Source: Cenococcum geophilum (Eukaryota). Taken from it: a stretch of DNA of 64,000 nt. How positions within the stretch are numbered: the stretch's first letter is position 1; every line of letters starts with the position of its first letter. Where the stretch lies: the NCBI GenBank assembly GCA_050273025.1, contig CP158636.1:12648001-12712000 (forward strand), read 5' to 3'. The notes beneath the pieces are model-generated. The model made no database searches, had not been told where the DNA came from, and worked only from the letters and a program-made list of their open reading frames with translations. A program made the translations under genes and the position numbers. Below, piece after piece: positions 12,147 to 23,200 of this stretch.

Positions 12147-15100
12147 GCGCCGCGTATATATACTACCTATCTCTCTATACGCAAAATTAAAACACCTTTT
12201 CCCCTTGAAATTTTTTTCTTATTAAGGTTTTTTATAGGGTTTTATTAAGGCTTAAGTATATAAAGAATTGGGGACAATCCTTTTAAAGGGGGGAGCATTA
12301 TTAGGTAAAACCTAAGTAGATAATTATATAGCTGTAAAGTATAGGCGACCCTAAGGCAACCTAGGGGTGACTCGCTTATAAGGCACGTGCGCTATACGTG
12401 CCTAGGGAAAGCCCTTCCTACCTCGCACAGACTCCTCCTTTTTCCCTTAAGGATTCGTCTTTGTCTATACAATATACCCTATTATTCTATTATTAGACCT
12501 CCTATTTATATCCTCACCTTATATAAGGCTAAAGGGTATTACTAAACATTTAAATAATCTATATTGGGTATAAAATATAGTAAGCTATTTGTCTCCTTTT
12601 ATAATACAATATGGTTAAATATAGAGATAATATTAAGCTTTGTATAGAAGCAAGCCTTACTTAGTTAGTTTAGCGTCTCTTATATTAACGGGATTGGATA
12701 TTAGTTCTTAACGGTAATAGCATTAAAAGCTTAGTAGTCTACGTAAAAGCGTAGTCCGCTACCTAGTTTCTTAATAAAGATTACTAGTGCGGCTATAGGT
12801 AAAGAGCTTGCTCTAATAAATCCTTTACTTAGGTTCTTATCTAGGTACTTTTATAGTACTTAAAGTTTATTTTAGGATATCCTATATAGGGGTCTAAATC
12901 TAGGCTACTTTTCTTCTTTAAGTATAATCTTATAATTATATAGTTAGTATTTTAGTAGCTTATTAGCTTCCTTTTATAAGAATACCTTTAAGCGGTTATA
13001 GTACTCTACTAGTACCTTTATAGTAGGGTTAGTATACTTCTTTAGTACTAAGGCCTTTTTAATATTAGCTATAGTAATAGCAAAGATTGTATATTTGGGT
13101 CTCTTGGCGAGTTATATTAGCAAAGTAGCTCTAATTATATAGATATTTAGGGCGTTAAGCAGGCTTTAGTTATCTATAGTTTCTTATATAGTTCCTTACT
13201 TAATTTTAGATTTAGTATTAGATTTAGGTTTATATTCTTTAAGTATCCCTTTTATAGTAGAATACTAGTCCTTCTAATATCTTTATATAGTAAGCTTAAG
13301 CTTCTGCCTAGCTTTAGGCAGTATAGTACTTAGGATTAATTTACGGGGTTTAGTAGAATTTTTAGGTCCTTAATAGATATTAGTAAAAATCTTACGTTAG
13401 TAGAATTAAGTAAATTCCTTATGTACGGGGTAGACAGTTATAGAAATTTTAGACTAGCGGATCCTAGTAGATTTTTTAGATTTTAGTTTAGGGTCTAAAT
13501 AGTAAATTATAAGGTACTTTTGCTTGCAATAGGAGGTGGTAGGTAAAAGCTTAAGGCTGTTTTAATTAATAGCTACCTTATATAGCTTTATTTAGGGTTA
13601 CCTAAGAATTACTAAGTAACTTAGGGTAGTAATAAAAAGCCTAATCGGTTCTTTATAATTTAGGTATTAGAGTTTTAGGTATACTATATAGGTAACTTAG
13701 CCTAAAACTATGCATTTGCCATTAAATCTGAATACATTAGTATACTAGTTAAGGAAGGTTGGGGTAAAACTATTATCTTATACAAAGATCTTATTAATAA
13801 ATCCTATACTACTAGCTCCTATATTAATTAAGACTTAAGTATTAACCTATTAATTATTCTATTAAAGACAATAGTTAACGGTTATACTATAATCCTAAGG
13901 TAAAGCCGTTCTGGAAAGCGACTTAGCTCTAAAAACTTCCTTTTAGAGGCAATTAAGGCGGAGTTTTTATAGCGTATTAGTTATAGCTTTGTCCTTATAA
14001 GTAGTACTTACTAAATATAGGACTAGAACTAAATAATAATTAGGAATAGTAACTAGAAGATTAATATAATAAACGGCTACTAGTATTAGCCATTTATATA
14101 TTGTATTAGGGTATAGGAATAGAGCAGTATTTTAAAATATAAGTGTTGCTTCTGTATTTAAAGCAAAGGCTAAGTTTAATTCGTTATTTTTATTTAGCAG
14201 ATCCTTTTAGGGCGTAGGAAAGGATTTTAGTGTTAATATTTATAGTATCTAGGTCCTTACAGGTCTTAGGTAGCTAAGGGGTAATATATTAAGGTATATA
14301 TTTTAGGGTAAGATATAGCATATTATTATATAAGCTAATTATAATATTAGTATAGGCGGTAAGGGTATTTAGCAGCTTAACTTCTATAAGGAAAGCCTTT
14401 AGTTTAAAGTTTAGGGACTTTAATAGGCGATTAATTAAGGTAGGTTTGTTCTATTTAGTCTCCTTAGTATAGCGGCAGGATTTAATAAAGTATAATAGAA
14501 AGCTCTTAGAGCCTTATATTATCTTATTTAGTTTTCTTTATACTATAGTAATTTAGTTAAGGTCGCTATAAGATACTTTTAGTATAGTAACTAGTTTTTT
14601 TATAGTACTTAGCTAGAACGGGTATATAGTTTCTATAGCGTCTTCTATTAAACAACTTATAGCGTAATATAGTTAGCTATTAGGGGTAAGGTAGTAATTA
14701 ATATTACTATTTAGCTTATTCTTAAGTTAGTTAAAAAAAGGAGCGTAGTTTACTTCTTTTACCTAAATAGGCGGGAGGATTAAGGAGACGATTAATTAAC
14801 TTCTTTATAGGGGCACTAGTTGGCAAATTTAGGGTTAAAAGCTAGTTTTAAACATGTTCTCTTTACCTAGTATTTATAGGTTAATACTAGTAGGGGCAAG
14901 TAGAGGTAACGGTATAGTAGATAGTAGGTTTTAGTAAATCTCTTTAAATTTTTTTTTTAGAGATTTAATTAACTTATAATGTTAAGCTTTTTAATAAGTA
15001 AGGGTATTTATAAAAACCTATTATATAGGTCTTTTATAGATATAGGGGCTTTTAGGTTATTTAATATACTAACTAGGCGGTATAGGGTATAGGTTTAATA

Positions 15101-15447
15101 TAATATAGTGTTACAAAGTAAGTATAAGCGATAATAATATATAGCAGAGTAGATATTATTAAGCTATCTATATAAACTATATAATAAGATTAAGATGTTA
15201 TATAAGGAAAGAAGGTAGAAAAACGGAAAGAAAGGGCATATATTATTAACTTAGTTACTTAGTTAATATATACACAGAGTAGAATAGGATTCGTGTAGTG
15301 GTTCTAGTAGGATTTAGTAAAACCTAGCGGAATATAGCAGAATATGGCAAACTGCCGTTAGATTGCTATAGGTTGCGATAAATTACGGTCTTATAGATAG
15401 CAAAAATAGGTAGGTATATATAGGGTATTATAGGGTGTCCTATAACA

Positions 15448-16440
15448 GTAGTATAGATACTAAAATAGTATATAGTAAACTATCTGCCTTATTTAGCTAT
15501 ATTTATACTATAGAAGAATCTCTAGTACTCTAATAGATATAAGCTATATATTAAGCCCTATTACCTCTATATAAAGAAGAAATAGTACTATAGCCTCTGC
15601 CTTTATTAAGTCTTTATATAGTAGAATTATAGGCTTCCCCTATAGGGTCCTCTATATAGTTTCTATACGGTCTTTAGCCTTATCCTACTATTAGCGCTAT
15701 TTTAGGTCTGCCTATTTCGCGATAAGGGTAGTTACCTACTAGTAGTGCTAGTAACCTCCTATATAGCGGCGGTGCTCCATTTACGCTCTATTGGCGTTCC
15801 GTTAGCTACGTCTATAGAGGTTTATTATAGCTTTTTACTTTATATAATCCTTTTAATATATAAGAAAGCCCTATATTTTATTCTTATAGTCCCTTATATA
15901 GTCTTTAAGCGCTTTTAATAGTACTAATAGCTGTCTTACTTTTTACTAGCGTTTTACTAGTATTTTTTAGATACTATTAAGTGCTTCTACTAATTTCTTT
16001 TCTACCCTATTAGGAGCTATCTTAGTAGATCTTTAAAGGGCTATTATTTTAATATAAAGCTAGATTAGGGGGATAACCGCTTCCTTCTCTATTATAGCTA
16101 TTAGTGTTTACTAGTATACTCCTATAATCCTACGGAGACACTTATTCCAGACCTTCTATAGTAGTTTAAGTAAGCTTTTTACTAGCGTTCCACCGTCGTC
16201 CCGTACTCCCCTCACTTAGGCGCTGTATAGCATCGCTAGTTAGACGGTGGCCGTGTATAGAAGTCGCGAGTAGCGCATTAATAGTCCCTATATAGATGTG
16301 GTGACCCTTAATATCACTTTGAAGGCTACTAAGCCCTTACTTACAGCCTTCTTAACCTATTCTTTCTACTAGAGCTTAGGGTCCACCTAGATCCCTAGGA
16401 CTCGTATACTAGTTTTTTTTAGGGAGCTGTCTCGCAGCCA
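15448..16440 (-). mobile_element. LINE (Tad1-like) ORF2 fragment, RT C-terminal region; a different family from 51177-56380
   Basis: Minus strand reads RVLGIWVDPKL...SRLLYTATVxPAMLY after de-RIP. Confidence 0.8.
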
Positions 16441-16705
16441 GTTTAGTAATTTTTATTATTATTATAGCTATTAGTTTTATTAATTTAAATCTGCTTTTTA
16501 AGAATAGTTCTCTATAATTAGGACGCGTTTTAGCTATTATTTTACTTTTATTTTGCTACTATTATAGATATTATAGATATTAAAGTTATAAGTTCTCCCA
16601 TTATAAATATTAAGTATTTTATTTCTATATATAATTTAATAAAGATAGTAAAAGTATTATAATAAATAGCTTACGCGGTATATTTTTAGTTAATTTATTA
16701 AGATA

Positions 16706-17989
16706 TTATTATTATTATTAATTCTATTTATTGCCCGATTCGGTCCCTTTTTAGGTCCATACAGGCTTCTACCTATCTATATAGGAAAAAAATCCCCTTA
16801 AGGGGGAAAAACCTAAGTATTTCCTTGCCGCTAGTAATACGCGTTTCGCCTTCGCCTAGCTAGTATATCTTTGTGTCTTTTATCTGCCTTACGTACTATA
16901 CTTCCTAGGTATATCAGAAGATCTAGGGGGAGGGAGTGGTAAGAGGGTCTGGCGATTCGCCAGTATGACGCCTATAGCTAGGCGGGGGGTGACCAGTCTC
17001 TAAGGGGCTGGAGGGGGGCGTGTCCTATAGTGTCCTCCTGTTGGATCTTATATGCAGTTTAGAACTACTAGAGGACTCCTTATCCTATAAGCCATTTTGC
17101 TGCTGCTTATAGGCCTCTACTTATAGAGAGCATCTAATTAATATCGTTTATGCCTGCACTGGCGAGTAGCTAGTCCCTTACTAAGCGGTAGCTGCAAAAT
17201 AGTAGTATATAGCGTACTGTCTAAGCGGGCCATCCGCATATACACTAAGGTATAGTACTTGGGACATAGACGCCCGCGAGCCATGCGTTTAGGCCTAAAA
17301 CCTCCATCCGTAGTAGGAAGGCGGCTATAGACTCCGCTTTTATTAGTCCTTCGTATAGGGGGAGAGTTAGTATTAACTATGGGGTATTCCATGTAGTTGC
17401 GTCTTGTGTTTCTACTACTTCCTTCCATTATCGCTTCCATTCGAGATCTGCCCATCTTGCGATTAGTGTAGTAGATCTCCACTTGTGTTAGTAGCCTCCT
17501 ATCCTCTATTGCCGTTATGGCACTCTACTAGTGTGGCGTCGGGTCTCTGCCTGGTGGGCTAGTAGTTCCCGCATTTCCTTTTCTCTCTCTACCGCTCGCA
17601 GGTAGAGGGCTTCCTGGCTAGTGTACTTAGGCGTGTCTCCCCTTTAAGGAGCCCTCGCTCTTCGTGTGTATCTCGTTTCTCGTATACGTTTTAGCGTTTA
17701 GCGGATTTTTTCTTCTACTGGGTGGCCTTGTACTGTAACTGCTCTCTACATTACGGTTGTGTCGATATATACGTCTAGTGGTGGAACTGCCGCTTCACGT
17801 TCGAGTGCGGCGCGTGGTGTTCTCCTATATGCCCCTGTGGTTCTACGCAGGCACTCGTTTTGTAGCTTAGCTAGTGGCGCCAGGGCGCTCTTTGCTCGCA
17901 CCTTGCCGCTTAGTCCTGGGCCCCAGACCTGGGAGCCGTATAGCATTGTTGGCCTTACGACTGCTGTGTATAGTAGGCGTGTAAGTCTA
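16706..17989 (-). mobile_element. 5'-truncated Tad1-like LINE, same family as 51177-56380
   Basis: Reverse-complement match to ~55130-56380; (TAA)n-type tail; 14-bp TSD AATTTATTAAGATA at 16692-16705 and 17990-18003. Confidence 0.92.
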
Positions 17990-18049
17990 AATTTATTAAG
18001 ATAATATATAGTTAAGGTTAAAAGGTAACTTGGTACTTTAACAATAGTT

Positions 18050-18558
18050 TTAGCTATTATTTTAGGTATTATTATTTTTACTACTATATTTACTATACTA
18101 AATCTGCTTAATAGAGTAGTACTTCTAAGTATATAATATTAGCTATTATAGTAGCCTATTAGAAATATTATAAAAGCTTTACTTACTTTTTATATAATAA
18201 TATAGATCTAGCCAGTAGAGTAATACCTTTAAGTATATAATATTTGCTATTGTAATAGTCTTATTTAGTAGCAATAGTAGTAAATAGATTATTTATAATA
18301 GTACTATATATAGTTAGCTATAAGTTAATAGACTTAGAGTCTATATTAGCCTAATATAGGTAATACTTGCTAGCTTTAACAATATATATATTATTATATA
18401 GATTTAGCGAATAGAGTAACACTTTTAAATATATATAACTTAATAATATAATACTTTTTAATAGCTTATCTAAGTTGTATATTATTATATAGATTTTCCT
18501 AGTTAAGTAGCACTTCTAGATATATAATACCCGTTACTATAATAGCCTTATTTAGTAT

Positions 18559-18621
<63 letters not shown>

Positions 18622-18790
18622 ATTATCTATATTAGTAATATATAATAGTACTATATATAATTAGCTATAAGTAAATTATAGTACGCGCAAATCTATATTA
18701 ATATAGTTAAATAGCTAACTCTATAATTTATTTATAATTATAGTAAAGTATAAGCGAAGAGGAAACTAGATCCTACTTATAATATAAAGT
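18050..18790 (-). pseudogene. RIP-destroyed relic with four imperfect internal repeats; possible multi-exon Cys-rich host gene
   Basis: Four ~60-70-nt imperfect repeats arranged in two duplicated units with intron-like signals; reading frame cannot be fixed by eye. Confidence 0.35.
18559..18621. repeat. (TAG)n microsatellite
   Basis: About 20 perfect TAG units. Confidence 0.95.
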
Positions 18791-19099
18791 TGTTTACCTT
18801 TTATAGATCTTAGCTTAATATAGTAGATTAGACGTAGTTAACTATTAAAGGTCCTACTAAAGATATAGGCTTTAATATAGCAGAGGGTGATATAGATAAT
18901 AACTATATAATAATATTATAGAGGCTTTCCCTTATATAAAGGCCCTATAAGAGGCGCTAACCTTTAGATAGAGCTTAGAGAGCGGTAAGATAGGACTAAA
19001 GGTCTATAAAAGCTTAGTAGGCAGTAACTTTTATAGGCTATTATATTAGTATTAGCTTCTACTATATTAATTAAACAAAAGTCCGTAGCCGTGCTAGGT

Positions 19100-19870
19100 A
19101 ATTAGTAAATTTATTAGGGATATACTACTATTCTAATTACTGCCCTAGTTACTCCCCTAGTTACTACCCTAGTTACTGCCCTAGCTATTATTCTAGTTAC
19201 TACTCCAAGTGCTCCAAGTGCTGCTATAGCTACTATAGTTACTGCCGTAGTTTGCCCCTATTACTGCCGTAGTATACCCCTATTACTACTATAGTTTGCC
19301 CTTACTACCTTTACCCCTATCGGACCGTTTATAGGGTCCCTCTCCTATTATTACCGTAGCTTTTAGCAGTGCTGCTTCTAATATTGCTTACACTGCTTAT
19401 ACAGCCTTTGTTATTATAGCTGCTCCTATAGCCTAATCTCCTAAAGATAGTTATTTATAGTTAATAGCCGCCACTAGCTATTAGATATCTTCTCTTTACT
19501 AACCTACTATACCTATTACTATAGATGTGTTTATACTAAGTCCTATAATAGAGGCTGGTACTAATTCTAGTTTTAATTCTAATTCTATAGGTTATATAAC
19601 TGCCCCTATTTAGGCCTTTAGCGTAAAGCTTTCTTATTAGTTATATGGTAAATATTACAAGTTTTAAACGGGCTAAATTGGAAGGGTTGGCGTAGCTAGT
19701 TATAATTAAAGTAGTAGCATAGAGGCTGCGGAGGCTATAGAGACTGCTATAAAGGTAATAGAGACTACTATAAAGGTAGTGGAGACTACTATAGAGGCTA
19801 TAAAGACTGCTATAGAGGCGGTTATTAGGCCTACTTCTTCTCCTTTCGCCTATACTAGTAGTAAACATAT
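19100..19870 (-). pseudogene. RIPed ORF relic with a P/Q-rich N-part and a G/S/N/Q-rich C-terminal repeat region
   Basis: Minus strand reads PPxQQSxQP repeats and (QGSN)n / NYGSN repeats after TAG->CAG correction. Confidence 0.4.
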
Positions 19871-20289
19871 ATAATAAGGCGGAGGCTATTAGAATTAAAG
19901 GGGTGTTTAGAAATAGACTTAGTGTAATAATAACGGGAATAAAATAGGCGGTTAAGGGGGAGATTTATAGAGTACTAGTAGTAATAAGGATTGTATATAC
20001 AGTAGTTATATAGTATATGCGGTAGTTTATACGCGGTATATGCGTAGGAGTTTATATTATAGTATTCGTATAAAGTAGACGTAAGAATAGTATAATAATA
20101 TAGAATGTTAGAGCTTCGTATAGAGCTTTAGTAGAGCTCTATACGCTCCTCTATACTTTATTTAGCAAGCTCTTATAAGCCCTACGTCTATATAATATTA
20201 CTTATTCTTAGATAAGAGTAGTAGTATCTTAAAGCGCTTCGTAAGCTCTATAAATCTATACTAATAGAAATTTTATTTAGGTAATATTA

Positions 20290-23200
20290 TATAAGAGGCC
20301 AGCCTGACCGGAACGTATAATTATCTAATTGACAGTGTCACCGGTAAGTAGAAGGTAAGTCAAAGGTAAATAGAAGATAAGTTAAAGGTAGAATGAGTTT
20401 TACGTATTAAAGGACAAATGCTTCTAACCACTTCTATTTAGAGACTAATCGCTAGTTCTTCTCTAGAGGAGAACCAGCTCCCTATATAATCTTTTTAAGA
20501 CGCTAGTAAAACCCTTTACCCCTTATCTGTCTAACTGTGTCTTTTGGGACGTAGATAGAATATAGGTGAGACCTCCTTCTGGAATATAGATGAGACGTTC
20601 CTCTAGAACATAGATAAGACCTCCTTCTATCTTATCTGATATGTACCTTCCAGGGAATTCCGTTACAATTGCCTCCCCTTTAAGGGTCTTAGTCCTCTAA
20701 GACTTCGCCTCTACTAAGCTTTTATAGAGTTCCGGCTAAAACTACTAGGGAAATTCTTAGTGGAAAGGTACTTTATAATACGGCTTATAGCTAGTTCTTC
20801 ACTAGCGTGGAACCTTACTTTATCCTTAGTTCCTTTGCTCTTTTCCTACTATAGTTCCTTATAATGCTTTTATAATAGAACTAAAATAATAATAATAAAA
20901 ATTAGATAGGATTTACCTTTCTTATTATAAGAGTTTGTTATAAGTTAATCTGGAGGTTGTCCTGTACAACGCGTCTATAAGCTACTATCCCCATTTACCT
21001 AAAATAGATTCTGATAATAACGTCTTTATTTTAATTTTCTTCTAGTTTATAAGCTGTCGCCTCTTACGCGTCTTTTTATTAATAACACTATTTGTCTTAT
21101 CTTTTAGTAGACTATTTCCTCTATATCTCCGCTTTTAGCTTCCGTGTCTCTAGCTATTCTTTTATAGCTACTTTATTCTCTTCTCGTAACACATCTATAA
21201 GCAATAGGATCCCCACCTTATCTTCTTATAACAATGCTAACTTCTTAGAGTATTCTCTTATAATGGCTTATGGTCCCTAGACCGGCGGCAGTGTTATTAA
21301 TCTCCTAGTGACGCCCTAGACAGCGTCTATTACTCCTATAGCAGTTTCCCTAAAATGCTGTTATTGCTGCGTTTATGCTCTTACGTAGGATCCTTCCTAC
21401 GTCTATAAGATGCCTTGCTCCAGCAAAAATAAATCTAAGTACTCCCATTATTGCAGCAGAAGAAAAACCTACGTCCTGGTATTTCCCATTCCGTCCTATT
21501 CTAGATTTCGCTAATTATACTAGATCCCCGCTGTCTATGCGTATAAGACTTATAGGCTCCAACGCGCTATCTAAGATTTCCGCCGATATCTTAATAGTAA
21601 TAGGCAGGGACAGAAGGTGTCTTCCCTTGCTCGCAGACTTTTTAATTCCATAAGGGTTTCTACTACTATAGAGACGCAACGTTCTTGGATATATAGTATC
21701 TAGGAGCGCATATGCAAATAGCTCGTCCTTATTAATAATAACATTTATACTCTTACGCGGGCTACTCTAGCTAGGTAAGTTTCTTTAGTGACTTGCTTAG
21801 GAACTGTGTTAACTCCTTTAGCCAATATCTCTCTAATCCCTGCTTGGACGCTAATTTGGAACCTAGGGATACTAAGGATAGTAATAACGGTTAAAATAAA
21901 CGTTCTCCTCGCTAGTCTCCCGCCTGTGCTAGTTTTTCCAGTACCCGTCGTTCTAAGAAGAATGTTAGTAGAAGTGCTAATGCTTCTAGGGATAGAGGAG
22001 CTAATAATACCGTTGATAATAACATTAAGATGGAAGAGGAGGCTCCTATTACTACTGCTAGTATTTAAGTTATTACCTAGCTCTTTCTTTCTTTTTGTAG
22101 AATAGCTTTATATAGTGCCTCTCGGGTGCCTCTAGGATGCCCTATTATTAGGAATTAATTTCATACTTTAGGGATGCCTTTATTCTAAGCTTCGGTGACA
22201 ATCTATATAAACGTAGTGCACTACTATAATCCCTATATATAATAAACGGGTGGTGTTCCTATAGGTGCCTTACGATTCCTTAAAATTTCTAATTCTTTAT
22301 AGGCTGTCCTTTTGCTCCTCTTTGTACCATTAACTTTACTGCGTATCTCCGGTGCTAGGCTAGATACTCTTTTTTTATCCCTAGGGGATCTTTCTAAATC
22401 CCCGAGGCCACTTCTTATAGTGCTACTACTCCTTCTTATATAGCGTTTTCTTTAAACAGTATCCCTGGTGGTTTTTCTATAGGTCCTTATAGGCTTCCTC
22501 TTATAGGATTTTAGGATCCCTATTATAATGGCGAAACGTTTCCGTTTTTAATGCCTATACTTACTCCTATAGTTTTAATTTACGGGGTTTTCCCTATTAC
22601 TTTACCTATAGCATATCCAGAACCATTTCTAAGTCTTTACCTTTGGTTCTTAGGAAGGTTTTAATTGCGGTATTATATTCTGGCCGAAGGTACTCCTTAG
22701 GTTCCCAACTGTTATATGCCTAGGAGTATCCTTCCTAATAAACTAAAAATTCGCGCTTCTTCTAGCGCTATCTTTAGTCTAGAATGTCTTCTACATTCTA
22801 TTCCAGTTCCCCATTAATTTCGCTAGGTAGGGGCGGTTCTGTACTATCTCTTCTCCAGTATAGCTCTAGTAAGGAAATATAAAATATAGGATATATTAGA
22901 TAAGATTTTAGTAATTCCAATTTATAGGCTTGGTTTCCTTTAGTTTTCTTAACTACCTTAAAGAGTCCAAGCTACTAGTAATCCAGCTTCTTCTTAATGC
23001 GTTTTGTTCGGATATTTTTTATAAACAGTAAGACTTCGTCTCCTATCTCAAATTCTTTTAGCATATATTTTTCGTTATAGTACCTTTTTTGCACGGCCTA
23101 GGCGTCTAGTAAGTACTTTTCAAGTTCCTCTCTGCGAATTCTTATTTGCTTAATTCTTTCGGACGCCACTAGTGCCTTTCTTTCGGGAACAATATCCTTA

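Larger units (their letters stand above)
6358..12523 (+). mobile_element. Ty3/Gypsy family C with both LTRs, RIP-inactivated
   Basis: LTRs 6358-6584 and 12299-12523; 5-bp TSD TAAGG; PPT AAAGGGGGGAGCA; RT (VVYLDDILIY-like ~8460), RNase H, integrase and chromodomain relics. Confidence 0.93.
5480..15447 (-). mobile_element. Gypsy family A copy 2 (5' LTR 15109-15447, gag, protease, RT, RNase H), interrupted by Gypsy C and cut at 5480 by copy 1
   Basis: 5480-6357 and 12529-13160 are reverse-complement homologues of sequence within 1-1860; gag/protease-like relics at 13200-15060. Confidence 0.88.
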
